DNA of 64,000 nucleotides from Bdellovibrionota bacterium (GTDB lineage Bacteria; Bdellovibrionota_G; JALEGL01; DATDPG01): NCBI GenBank assembly GCA_963668355.1, contig OY764265.1, positions 2,208,001 to 2,272,000 of the forward strand, read 5' to 3'. Shown piece by piece: positions 1 to 9,622 of this stretch (position 1 is its first letter; each line of letters starts with the position of its first letter). The notes under the pieces were generated by a model. It saw only the letters and a program-made list of their open reading frames with translations, ran no database searches and was not told where the DNA came from. The position numbers and the translations under genes were made by a program.

Positions 1-222
1 CGCTCGGGGCATTCGGATGTACCAGACAATTCGCTCCGCCAATTCGTTGCCAAAGCCGAGAATCGTTTTGGTTACTTCGGCCAACGAAAGTGGAGCTGAA
101 CCCAACCAAAGTGAAGCCATGAAGGCGAAGACGAGCATGGATGCAAACAAAAGTATGATCTTCCAGCGACGACGATTTTGTTTTTTGTATTTTGCGACGA
201 CGTCAAGAGGCTTCGATGACAT
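1..222 (-). CDS. FecCD/BtuC-family ABC transporter permease (5' part only, runs off window)
   Basis: Not in ORF track. Manual translation from ATG at 222: MSSKPLDVVAKYKKQNRRRWKIILLFASMLVFAFMASLWLGSAPLSLAEV...IVWYIRMPRA. A TM helix followed by an 'iRlPR'-type motif typical of FecCD; overlaps the stop of the binding-protein gene. Confidence 0.85.
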   Translation of the reverse strand, partial: MSSKPLDVVAKYKKQNRRRWKIILLFASMLVFAFMASLWLGSAPLSLAEVTKTILGFGNELAERIVWYIRMPRA

Positions 223-1282
223 TATATCCCCCATACGTTTCCCGCATTTGGTCATACACATCTCGGCCGAGGAGTTGTGTGTAGATTTCCCTGGCACGAT
301 TGGCCGGATCAATATCTTGAAAGCCCTTTGGAAAGATTACTTTGCCCACGGCATAGGCATTTGCCATGACCGTGCCAAAATTGATCCAGTACCAATTGTA
401 TGGGAGGAGGCCATGCACTTCATTTTTCCGAACGGCATGTAGTTTCGAAAATTCCGGACGCTCTAAATCTCGAAGCACCATGGGCGTGCTGGCTTGATCC
501 ACAAAAAGTGTATCCGGATTCCAGAGTACCAACATTTCTCGATCCACAAATGCGTGTGTATCGCTCACGTCTTGCGCTACGTTTTTCACACCGAGCAAGG
601 TGAACGGCTCGTATTTGGGTTCGGTGGAGGCAGCCCCGTGGGCTCCTCGATAAGCTACTCCCGCCACATAGACCTTTTTTTGTTGGGGTCGGGAAAGTTT
701 TTGGGTTCGTGTTCGTAGGTCGGTTGCCACTTCATCAAAAAGTCCGATCACTTCTTCAGCTCGATCTTCTCGTTTGAGGACCTTGCCCAGGGTTCTTAAC
801 GCACGATCCAAACCGGCTCGGTTTTCTCCCAAGTCTCCGTAACCAATGACGACAAAAGGAACACCGGTTCGTTTTTGCCATCGGTCGGCATCCTTTTTTG
901 AAAGGCGGGTTGAAAAAACGACATCTAGATTCAAGGAAGCGATCAGTTCTGCATCCCCTCCGTGAGGAGGTCCCAAAGATGGGCGTTCGGCCAGTTCGGG
1001 GTAGGCCATGAGATAGGGTTTGGAACGTCGGCGTTTTTCCACAGATTCCACGGCTGCCACACGATCAACTCCATCCACATAAAGCAGGAGGCGAAGGGCT
1101 CCAGGTTTCACGGCCCCAACCCGTAGAATTTTTTCAGGAAGGTGAACCTTTCGGCCCGCTTCATCCTCAATGATTCGTGAGTCTCGAACAAGGGGCGCCG
1201 CGTGATCTTTGGGGACGAGAACAAACGTTCCAACGATCACGATCAGGAGGGACAGCGTTCGAAGCGCGAGGAGAGGATTCAT
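203..1282 (-). CDS. Periplasmic binding protein of Fe-siderophore/cobalamin/metal-chelate ABC transporter (Peripla_BP_2)
   Basis: Signal peptide, 'DEAGRKVHLP..ILRV', 'E.IASLNLDVV', 'E.LVLWNPD', 'AVRKNEVH' motifs; adjacent permease. Confidence 0.9.
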   Translation of the reverse strand: MNPLLALRTLSLLIVIVGTFVLVPKDHAAPLVRDSRIIEDEAGRKVHLPEKILRVGAVKPGALRLLLYVDGVDRVAAVESVEKRRRSKPYLMAYPELAERPSLGPPHGGDAELIASLNLDVVFSTRLSKKDADRWQKRTGVPFVVIGYGDLGENRAGLDRALRTLGKVLKREDRAEEVIGLFDEVATDLRTRTQKLSRPQQKKVYVAGVAYRGAHGAASTEPKYEPFTLLGVKNVAQDVSDTHAFVDREMLVLWNPDTLFVDQASTPMVLRDLERPEFSKLHAVRKNEVHGLLPYNWYWINFGTVMANAYAVGKVIFPKGFQDIDPANRAREIYTQLLGRDVYDQMRETYGGYNVIEAS

Positions 1283-1291
1283 GTACGTTTC

Positions 1292-1897
1292 CTAGGAATT
1301 AGAATCGGCGCAAGAACGGCAGAGTTTCTTTCCAGAACGCTCCAGCATTTTGAGCGGCATCGTGGGTTCCCCACAATCGGGACAAATTTCTGAAGGTTGA
1401 ACGATGGCTTTCTGGGGGAGAGAAAGAGGGGATTCACTTTGAGAAAAAATCTCCTCCAAAGGACGGTTTAAGATTTCCAACATGCTTTCTTGGCGAAGCT
1501 TCGCGAGTTCTTGACGGTCTTCGCGGGTTGCTTTTCCCTCTCGATCTTTCTGCGTTAATTCACGTTGTCGATCTCCCAAGGAAACGGCCCCCGGTCGAAG
1601 TGAGAGTCTCAGAGAGCGCCCGCTGGATCTCTCAAAAAAATTGAATGCTTGTTTGCCGTAGTCGAGGTGAATGAGGTTCCCTTTTCCAAACGTGCACCCG
1701 ATGAGGGCTTGGATTGCATCAACGCCGCAGGCATCGTTCTCGACGACGGCAACGACTTCCTCATCGGGGGCGCGAAACCCATGGCAAAAATCCAAACCGG
1801 CCATGGCGGCCCTAAACCCGATGGCCAAACCCGGACATTCATGTCCATGGAAGCGAACGCAATGATTCCAATGCTCGTTTGTTGATGTTGTGTTCAT
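1292..1897 (-). CDS. FmdE family protein with C-terminal Zn finger
   Basis: FHGHECPGLAIG, ENDACGVDAIQ..GCTFGKGNL; C-terminal CPDCGE...CRSC. Confidence 0.92.
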   Translation of the reverse strand: MNTTSTNEHWNHCVRFHGHECPGLAIGFRAAMAGLDFCHGFRAPDEEVVAVVENDACGVDAIQALIGCTFGKGNLIHLDYGKQAFNFFERSSGRSLRLSLRPGAVSLGDRQRELTQKDREGKATREDRQELAKLRQESMLEILNRPLEEIFSQSESPLSLPQKAIVQPSEICPDCGEPTMPLKMLERSGKKLCRSCADSNS

Positions 1898-1945
1898 TTC
1901 ATGTTCCTCATTCGATCCGGACCCCGTCCTCGCCAGTTATGGTTG

Positions 1946-1972
1946 GTGATACAAATGGAAAATGTGTAACAC
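1946..1972 (-). promoter_or_regulatory. NikR-like operator GTGTTAC-N13-GTATCAC overlapping a putative -10 (TTGACT-N16-TACACA at 1990-1963)
   Basis: Imperfect palindrome GTGATAC(1946-52)-13 nt-GTAACAC(1966-72), ~50 nt upstream of fmdE. Confidence 0.6.
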
Positions 1973-2325
1973 TAGGGAGGGTGAAGTCAATGACAAAGCG
2001 CATCAGCGGAGCTATTTGGGCTCTGCCTTATATATAATGTGGTCGGTGGCTTCTAGGAGGAGGCCTGTGTGAGGATCCATATGAAAGTGGGGATGGGCGA
2101 GATTTTCAATGGGGTGTCCGCATAAACCGCAATGGGGTTTTCCCGAGGTTGGGTTGGATTTTTGTTCTGTTTTTTCGCCCATTGAAACCAGTTTAGACCC
2201 GGTGGGTGTTGGAAATCAATTTCCCCCGGCCTTCAGGCCGTGCTTTATAAAGGACTTTCGGGATTTTTTGAACCTTTTCGAAGGTTTGCCCGTCTAATCG
2301 AATAGCGATACAACGCGGAACTTAC

Positions 2326-5300
2326 ATGAAAGCTCTTATCCAGTATTTTGCAAAACGGCACTTGGTGACCAATCTCATTCTATTCGGGGTCATTTTTTCT
2401 GCGATCGGTTTTTGGCACAAAGTGGGCAAAGAGGAATTCCCTGACATCACCATGAATTGGGTGCGCTTCTCGATTCCTTACCCCGGAGCGGCAGCCGAAG
2501 ATGTTGAGCTTTTTGTGACCAAGCCCATAGAAGAAAAGCTCAAGGAACTTACCGGTTTGTATGAAGTTAATGCGACCTCTTCCTATGGTTCTGCCTCCTT
2601 TGTGGTTCGCATTGAGTCGCATGTCTCCAATCCCGACGAACTCATTCGCGATGTGAAAGACGCGGTTGATCGAACCGAACTTCCATCCGAAACCGAGGAC
2701 CCCATTTTCCGGAGATTCAACACGGCGGAAAAGGCCATCATCGATATCGGCTTGTACCATAAGAAGAAGAAAATCTTGGATGTGGACGCCCGGCAGGAAT
2801 TGCAAAAATTCGCGCTGGCCTTTGAGAGTCGAGCCCTGGCAATCCCAGAAATCAGTGGGTTGGACGATCAGGGCTATCTTCAGCCGGAAATCCAGATTCA
2901 CTTAGACCCCAAAAAACTTGCGGACAGGGATCTTTCACTGGGTGAAGTTCGAAATCAGATCTTGGCCCAACATGTTCGTGTTCCCGCAGGAAGTATGGAA
3001 GACCGCGAAGAATCTGAAGTCTCTTTCTTGTCTGAACTCGATACGGTACCTCGTTTGGAGAACGTTATTGTACGGGGAGGATTTGAAGGACAAAAAATTC
3101 GTTTGAAAGAGATCGGAACGGTTCGAGAAGGGTTTGAAAAAAATGCTCGTGTCTTGAAGATTCACGGCCATGAAGGGGTTCTCTTTAATGTTAAGAAAAG
3201 TGCGGGCGTGGATATCCTCACGGCTCAAAAGGCGGTTTTTCGTTTTGTGGAAGACCTGCGCGAGAGCCATCCGGAATCTCCTATTGGCATAGTGCTATTG
3301 GACGACGAATCTTATGATATTCGAAACCGTCTATCCTTGATTGGATGGAATGGGTTGGTGGGGTTCATCCTCATTCTTTTGGTTTTGTTTTTGTTTTTGG
3401 ATTTTACTTCGGGTTTCTGGGTTGCCTCCGGAATTCCATTTACGTTGGCTTTTACCTTGCTCGCGGCTTTGGTGATGGGCTTTACGATCAACAATGTGAC
3501 GCTTTCCGGAATCATCGTGGTTCTGGGAATTGTGGTGGATGATGCCATTGTCGTCGCGGAAAATATTTCCCGTTTGCGGCGTCAGGGTGTGGCCAAGCTT
3601 AAAGCTGTTGTGGATGGAACGCGAGGTGTGATTTTACCGGTCTTGGCCAGCATTTTGACCACCTGCGCAGCCTTTCTTCCTCTCTTCTTTTTTGAAGGAC
3701 ATTTTGGCCTGTTCATCAAATACATTCCCATTGTCGTTTTCTTGATGCTGGGAGCTAGTTTGATTGAAGCGATGCTGATTTTGCCTGGACATTTGAACTA
3801 TGGATTTCCTTTGGTGAATTGGTGGCGAAGACGGACCTCTCGGGTTGTGAAAGACAAAACCGGCCATTGGTTCTTTCGCTTGGAACAACGCTATGCCAAT
3901 TTTTTGACGCAAGCTCTGAGGTTTCGCATCCCTATTTTAGGTGCCTTTACAGCCCTTTTGGTGATTTCCTTTTTCTTGTTTCAAAGTCAAATGAAGTTCG
4001 TGATGTTTCCGCGCGAGGAAAGCAAAGAAATTGTGGTTCGAGCCAAGGTCGAGGAAGGCAGTACCCGATATGAGACAGCCAAAAAGATCGAGCCCCTGGA
4101 AGAGATCTTTTTAAAGGATGATCATGGGGTGGTCGTTTCGATGATCTCATCGATTGGCCAAAATCGGCGGGGAGGGGCTGTATTGGAGCACGAAGCCATG
4201 TTGCGTGTGGAGTTGTTGCCGCCATCGGAAAGAGACATTCCTTTGAACGATTTGCTTCCGATTTGGGAAAAGAAAGCCTCTCAACTCCCCCAGCTAAAAG
4301 AGGTTCGGTTTTTGAAGAGCCGATGGGGAGCTGAAAGCGGAAGTCCCATCGAATTTGATGTTCAAGAGAACAATGATGAGATTCGGCGCGCGGTGGTTGA
4401 GGATGTCAAAAGGCGCATGCAGAAACATCCAGCGATATCGAATGTTGAAATCGAGCGCCCCATTACGCGTCGCCAATATGAATTGGAGTTACGGCGTGAT
4501 GATGTGTTTACGATGGGCATCAACCCCAGTGAAATCGGAAAAAGTTTGAGGGCCTTTGTAGAGGGCCAGATCTTATACACGTTGAACAAAGGCGAAGAAG
4601 AAGTGGATGTTCGTTTGACCAGCTCTCTAGCGGACAAGAAAGATATTGAGTCGATTCTGGGTATGCGCGTGTCCAATACCGAGGGCTATCTCGTACCTTA
4701 TCGAGATTTGGTGAGGATGAGAGAAACGCGGGCTCCTTCGAATATTCAACGGATAGATTATCGAAGAACCACCAAGATTTATGCGGACTTAAAAGAGAAC
4801 ACAGATGTTACCCCCTTGGATGTGGCCAATTTCCTAGAGGAAGAAGTGTTTCCTGCGGCTCGAAAAGATCATCCCAGTACATTGTTCAGCTTTCGGGGTG
4901 AAATTGAACATTCCCGAGAATCGCAGGGCGATTTTGGTTTGGCGTTGGTTTTGTCATTGAGCATCATCTATTTTCTTCTGGTGTTGCTCTACGACTCGGT
5001 CGGGTTACCTTTCTTAATTGGTGCCGTAATTCCATTTGGAACGGTCGGAGTCTGTCTGGCTTTCATGGCTCACGGCATGACGCAGTATGGGTTCTTTGCC
5101 GTTGTTGGAACACTTGGAATGATCGGTGTTGTGGTCAATGATTCCATCGTGATGATTTCCAAGCTGGAAGATGCGGAGATCTTGGATACGAGCAAGAAAG
5201 ATCTATTTCGATCGGTGGCGGATGTTTCTTCCACTCGTCTGAGAGCCGTTGTTGTAACTACTTTGACTACAGTTGCGGGGCTTTTCCCCACGGCCTATGG

Positions 5301-5448
5301 GATTTTTGGATATGACTCCATGCTTGCCGAAATGATGTTGGCCATGGCTTGGGGATTGATCTTTTCCACACTCATCACACTGCTTCTGGTTCCCTGTCTC
5401 TATAGCTTTTATGCCCATTTTCGAAGGAAAGGACACGAAGCCTCATGA
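2326..5448 (+). CDS. RND efflux transporter permease (AcrB/AcrD/AcrF family)
   Basis: 1040 aa, two TM bundles, 'YPGAAAEDVE..VTKPIEE', 'GIVVDDAIVVAENI', 'RLRAVVVTTLTT'. Confidence 0.95.
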   Translation: MKALIQYFAKRHLVTNLILFGVIFSAIGFWHKVGKEEFPDITMNWVRFSIPYPGAAAEDVELFVTKPIEEKLKELTGLYEVNATSSYGSASFVVRIESHVSNPDELIRDVKDAVDRTELPSETEDPIFRRFNTAEKAIIDIGLYHKKKKILDVDARQELQKFALAFESRALAIPEISGLDDQGYLQPEIQIHLDPKKLADRDLSLGEVRNQILAQHVRVPAGSMEDREESEVSFLSELDTVPRLENVIVRGGFEGQKIRLKEIGTVREGFEKNARVLKIHGHEGVLFNVKKSAGVDILTAQKAVFRFVEDLRESHPESPIGIVLLDDESYDIRNRLSLIGWNGLVGFILILLVLFLFLDFTSGFWVASGIPFTLAFTLLAALVMGFTINNVTLSGIIVVLGIVVDDAIVVAENISRLRRQGVAKLKAVVDGTRGVILPVLASILTTCAAFLPLFFFEGHFGLFIKYIPIVVFLMLGASLIEAMLILPGHLNYGFPLVNWWRRRTSRVVKDKTGHWFFRLEQRYANFLTQALRFRIPILGAFTALLVISFFLFQSQMKFVMFPREESKEIVVRAKVEEGSTRYETAKKIEPLEEIFLKDDHGVVVSMISSIGQNRRGGAVLEHEAMLRVELLPPSERDIPLNDLLPIWEKKASQLPQLKEVRFLKSRWGAESGSPIEFDVQENNDEIRRAVVEDVKRRMQKHPAISNVEIERPITRRQYELELRRDDVFTMGINPSEIGKSLRAFVEGQILYTLNKGEEEVDVRLTSSLADKKDIESILGMRVSNTEGYLVPYRDLVRMRETRAPSNIQRIDYRRTTKIYADLKENTDVTPLDVANFLEEEVFPAARKDHPSTLFSFRGEIEHSRESQGDFGLALVLSLSIIYFLLVLLYDSVGLPFLIGAVIPFGTVGVCLAFMAHGMTQYGFFAVVGTLGMIGVVVNDSIVMISKLEDAEILDTSKKDLFRSVADVSSTRLRAVVVTTLTTVAGLFPTAYGIFGYDSMLAEMMLAMAWGLIFSTLITLLLVPCLYSFYAHFRRKGHEAS

Positions 5449-6845
5449 AAAGAATTCTTGCTTTAATTAGCCTTTCGATCATTGGTTTATATTCCCACGG
5501 GGCTTTTGCCGACTCCTCGCAAAAATTTTTGGATTTGAATGAATTCGTTCGTGCGGCCCGAGCCAATGATGTCGGGATTGAAAAAGTGCTGCATGAACGC
5601 GTTCAAACCACGTTTTTGAGATCTTTGTCGCTACCTTCTCCCGGGGTTTTGCTTCAAATTGAAAATCAATATGGATTTTCTTTGGATGAAGGGGAGCGGA
5701 CGACGGTTCTGGATCTTGCGGCTTCTAAAGAGATCACAACGACGGGCACCACGCTTACAGCGTCTCATAGTTTAAACCGTCAAGAAGACCGAGAAGAAGA
5801 TCAAACCAGGGTCGCGCTTGAACAGTCACTCTTTCGGAACGCTTTTGGAAAACAAACGCGCCGACAAGATCAAAAACTCATCAAAGAGAATGAAGCCATT
5901 CTACTTCGAACCGTCGAAGCGTATGAAGACTATATTGCGACTCTAATTTCTGGATATTTTGATTGGCAGCTTTCTCATGTAAATCGCACGGTGGCTCAAG
6001 AGCTTCTTAGCGAAAGCCAAAGCCTTCAACATTTCATTGAAGAGCGGAGTCAGAGGCATATCGCTTCAAAGGTGGATGTTGGGCGCGTTGCATTGGAAAG
6101 CATGGGGTACGAAGAGGCGATTCTGGAATTGGATATTTCTTTGGTGAAACAGGGAGCCGAGATCGCTTCGGCGATGGGAAAGGAAGTTCTTAACGACTTG
6201 CAACCTTCTGCTTTGTTGGATTGGACGAATTTGAAGCTGGATTTTGAGCAGACCCGAACGGCGGCTTTGTCAAAAGGACGCATGTTGGGCGCCTACGCGC
6301 TTGCAGAGGAAGCGGGGGCTTTAGAAATTCAATTGCGAAAGGAAGATTTGGATCCGGCCATCAATCTAATCGGCGGGTTTCGATACGATGACTCCACACG
6401 TTTTACGGTCAGTACGGACCGCAAGGAAGTATATGTAGGTTTTAATGCAGAGCTTCCTCTTTGGGATCAGAAGAGCGGCGCAGAAGTAAAAAAAGCGGCC
6501 TATGAGAAAATGTCCGCGACGCTGGCCAAAAAGGAGTATTTGAAAAACCTTTCTTCGGCCTTGAGGGCGCAAGAGGGACGCATTCAAACGCAGCGGAAGC
6601 GAATTGAATTGAGTGAGAAGAAGTGGACCGTTTCCAAGGATGTCGCTCGTCGAGAGCGAAAACGGTATGAGAACGGAAAAATCGATTTGGAAACCCTCAT
6701 TTCAGCTCGACAAGCCCAGGCCAATAGCCGGTTTGAGTTTTTGAAAAACCGGATTCAACTCAACAAAGATATTGTGGAGTGGCTTCGTCTAACCGATCAG
6801 TTGATTGTCAAAGATGAACCCAACTTGCCTGCAGTGAGAAGCTAA
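5445..6845 (+). CDS. TolC-family outer membrane channel
   Basis: Signal peptide, helical repeats, 'ELPLWD', 'RYENGKID'; ATGA overlap with the RND gene. Confidence 0.85.
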   Translation: MKRILALISLSIIGLYSHGAFADSSQKFLDLNEFVRAARANDVGIEKVLHERVQTTFLRSLSLPSPGVLLQIENQYGFSLDEGERTTVLDLAASKEITTTGTTLTASHSLNRQEDREEDQTRVALEQSLFRNAFGKQTRRQDQKLIKENEAILLRTVEAYEDYIATLISGYFDWQLSHVNRTVAQELLSESQSLQHFIEERSQRHIASKVDVGRVALESMGYEEAILELDISLVKQGAEIASAMGKEVLNDLQPSALLDWTNLKLDFEQTRTAALSKGRMLGAYALAEEAGALEIQLRKEDLDPAINLIGGFRYDDSTRFTVSTDRKEVYVGFNAELPLWDQKSGAEVKKAAYEKMSATLAKKEYLKNLSSALRAQEGRIQTQRKRIELSEKKWTVSKDVARRERKRYENGKIDLETLISARQAQANSRFEFLKNRIQLNKDIVEWLRLTDQLIVKDEPNLPAVRS

Positions 6846-6984
6846 GAGCCATTCGTACAAACAAATCGCTGCAACGCATCATCCTGAGCCCAGACTTTAA
6901 CGGTGGGGCTTTTTGAGGTTTTCCTTGGGGTCTGGGAAGTGCCCTTGTAAGCTCGTCATTCACTCATTTTTTCGAGGAGGTCTC

Positions 6985-7299
6985 GTGAAAAAAGCGGTTT
7001 GGGTCTGGGGACTTTGTCTGGTTTCTGTTTGGATGAGTTCCTGTGGTGTGCTTTACGATGTAGATCTTACGGCGAGTCCGACCTCTGGAACGGCTCCCTT
7101 GGCCGTGGCGTTCACGGCCGATACCGATGGCTATATTGGTCTCGTAAATTATTTCTGGGATTTTGGAGATGGCGATGTGTCCTACGAACAGAATCCTTCT
7201 CACACGTTTTCTGAACCGGGTGTTTATTCGGTCATTTGTGAAGCAGCCAATACGGAGAATACCGTGCGTTCATCCATCGAAATTGTGGTGAATGAATAG
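6985..7299 (+). CDS. PKD-domain lipoprotein
   Basis: GTG start after GAGGAGG; lipobox-like MSSC; 'SPTSGTAPLAVAF', 'WDFGDG', 'PSHTFSEPGVY'. Confidence 0.85.
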   Translation: MKKAVWVWGLCLVSVWMSSCGVLYDVDLTASPTSGTAPLAVAFTADTDGYIGLVNYFWDFGDGDVSYEQNPSHTFSEPGVYSVICEAANTENTVRSSIEIVVNE

Positions 7300-7311
7300 A
7301 AAAACCCTGAG

Positions 7312-7998
7312 CTAATATTTTCGATTGAATAAGGGTGCGGCAAAGCAAGCTGTGTTTTCATCCTGGCATTCCAGATTGGCTTGATTCCAATCGGGCCCAT
7401 CCACAAACCACGAAAAGACTTCATCTGAGGCCACTTTTTTCAACGAATGGGTAGCTGTTTGGCACTCACATTCAAAAGCAGACGTTTCTAGGTCCAGAAG
7501 ATTTGCTTTGCATTCAAAAAAGGGAAACCCTCTAAGGTAGAGCGTTTCAAGGCTGTTCGAATAGTCTGGGGGGAGATCGGCCGACGTTCGTCCCAATTGA
7601 ATGGACGTGCGATACAAACGCATGGAAGCTTCCCGCGCACATTCCAAGGAGGTATCTTCCATGGAAACATCGTCTTCAAATTGTTTAAACCATTTCACGG
7701 TTTTCATTTCATAGTTGGCGAAAACTTCGTGGGGCCTTCGGCATGCATTGGATTCACGGGAAAGAACCTTCGTCGGGCAAAGACATAAAAACCCACTGGC
7801 ATGTTCTTGTGAAAGATTCAGTACACGATGTTTGGGCGCAGCTTCTCCAAACTCACCCATGAGAGGAATGGTTTCGTTGCATGCCTCTTGCGTTCGTGGG
7901 TCGTATAAAATTTGCATTTTTGGCTTCGCAAAACAGGGAACCGCAAAAACGACACAGGTCAGAAAGCTAGCAAACCATTTGGATACGTTCTTCACCAT
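7312..7998 (-). CDS. Cys-rich secreted hypothetical protein; candidate immunity/partner of the upstream Rhs-core protein
   Basis: Signal peptide (VPCFA-K), many Cys; start overlaps the stop of 7992..9446. Confidence 0.65.
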   Translation of the reverse strand: MVKNVSKWFASFLTCVVFAVPCFAKPKMQILYDPRTQEACNETIPLMGEFGEAAPKHRVLNLSQEHASGFLCLCPTKVLSRESNACRRPHEVFANYEMKTVKWFKQFEDDVSMEDTSLECAREASMRLYRTSIQLGRTSADLPPDYSNSLETLYLRGFPFFECKANLLDLETSAFECECQTATHSLKKVASDEVFSWFVDGPDWNQANLECQDENTACFAAPLFNRKY

Positions 7999-9446
7999 AT
8001 TCCACTTCCTCTCTCTACATCAGCCAACTTTCCGGAATGTGGATTCCAGTCTTCCAGGCGTGTGCCGGTGGAGGGATCAAAATGAATATCGCGGAACAAA
8101 AACCGATTCAAAGGGTTTTTGGCCATTTGTATGGGCCAGTAAATTTTTAGGGGCGGGGCCTCGAAGGGTTGAAGGTTTTGATTGGAGCCAGCTTCAATTG
8201 TGGAACAGGCAAAAAATGAGCAGTTTTGACCTAAGACAAAGTACCGGGCTCGGTCCGGATCGCCCTCACGCGAGAAGTTCAACGCAAAATCCATTTGGGC
8301 TTCGTAGTCCCCGCCTTCAAACCAGAAACCATGCAATCTCCCATTTCCAGGGCCAATGGCGGTTTCCCTTCCGTACAGTTGCTGGGCGAGACTCGAAAAA
8401 ACCAAGTCTAAAGATTCTTGCGTCCAAGCTCCATCGTCTCCGCGCGATAGGAAAGGTAGGTCGTTTTCTAAACTTCGGACCATTCCGATTCCTTCAGCAT
8501 CGTAAGTACCAAACTCAAAGTAGTCCGTTCGACCCGTGTCATCATTGATGAGCAGGACTCCACTGTGACCCAGATGTGGAAACTGAACGCCGTTATTTTC
8601 TCCTGGAGGCAAATTATTTCGCAGTGGATCTTCGATCCAATCCGGAATTTTCTGAATGTAACGATCGGGCATCGTCAAATACTTGTCGATCATGGAGACC
8701 CATACGGCCGTGTTTCCAGAGGGGTCGGTCATGTTCACCGGATTGTTGAAGGTATAACTGTATCGGTTATAGGCCAGTGAACCGCCTGGAGGCGTGGTTG
8801 GGTCGGCTTGCGTAAAGCCATGGCCGGGAAGATAATGCCGGGCATTGTAATCCAACAAACTACCTTCTTTGAGGTTCCCGTTGAATCCTCGATTTTGCTC
8901 GGGCATTTCTGTGTGTCGAAACCAATCCTCACCATAGGGAAGGGTGTCTCGTTGTTCGAAACCGTTTCCGGAGTCTAATGTCGCCACAACGGATCCCAAA
9001 TGATCTTTTAGAAAAAAGAATATGCCGTCTCCGTTGGAGTTGGTTTCCGCTTCATTGCCATATTGGTATCGAACGGTTCCATTCAGGACGCGCAAGTGAT
9101 CATCTAGAAAAATCTCGGTTCGGCCGGTTGTGTCGTAGGTCGCAATCTTTTGTCCCTGAGTCGTGAAAAAGAAATGTGACGTCACACCGTTTTCTTCCAG
9201 TGTACGCAATTTGCGATTGGCGTCGTACGAGAAATGTTTGGTGGCTGTATCGTTTTCAGAAATGGTGTTTAAGTCACCGTTTCGATCATACGTATAAACG
9301 GAGGTGGATCCGTCCTTGGTTTGAGAAATGAGTGCATGCGGTCCACCCACGCCGTTTCCAGCTTCACCAAATTCAGAATTGATGACGGCTCCCCAAGAAG
9401 GAAGTGAAAGCAGGCACGTGAACATCATTACGACAAGACGTGTCAA
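7992..9446 (-). CDS. Short signal-peptide Rhs-core protein #1; C-terminal permuted papain-like (His...NC) domain
   Basis: Signal peptide, GPHAL, YDRNGDL, DHLGS, DYNARHY, YNRYSYTFNNPVNMTDPSG; C-terminal GHSGV...YFVLGQNCSFF. Confidence 0.88.
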   Translation of the reverse strand: MTRLVVMMFTCLLSLPSWGAVINSEFGEAGNGVGGPHALISQTKDGSTSVYTYDRNGDLNTISENDTATKHFSYDANRKLRTLEENGVTSHFFFTTQGQKIATYDTTGRTEIFLDDHLRVLNGTVRYQYGNEAETNSNGDGIFFFLKDHLGSVVATLDSGNGFEQRDTLPYGEDWFRHTEMPEQNRGFNGNLKEGSLLDYNARHYLPGHGFTQADPTTPPGGSLAYNRYSYTFNNPVNMTDPSGNTAVWVSMIDKYLTMPDRYIQKIPDWIEDPLRNNLPPGENNGVQFPHLGHSGVLLINDDTGRTDYFEFGTYDAEGIGMVRSLENDLPFLSRGDDGAWTQESLDLVFSSLAQQLYGRETAIGPGNGRLHGFWFEGGDYEAQMDFALNFSREGDPDRARYFVLGQNCSFFACSTIEAGSNQNLQPFEAPPLKIYWPIQMAKNPLNRFLFRDIHFDPSTGTRLEDWNPHSGKLADVERGSGIW

Positions 9447-9622
9447 AACGGGGATTGCCTACCAGTCTCCGAACCCTTTCGCAAACCTTTTTTTAACTCC
9501 CTAAAAACAATGGGGAAAATAAGCATGCGACGCGTTGATCGCAACGGCGCAAAAAAACGCTGTGCGACATTTTCTTCGAAAGTTCTTTGCATTTTGAAAA
9601 AATTACGCTAGGTGTCATCGCC

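Noticed and set aside
1991..2325. Cobalamin riboswitch upstream of the ABC transporter
   Set aside because: No B12-box or conserved GGGAA/GCCACTG pattern recognised on the minus strand.
7715..8548. 277-aa + strand ORF (and other long shadow ORFs such as 17020..17757, 39787..40392, 60137..60751)
   Set aside because: Antisense to well-supported genes, with no recognisable motifs.
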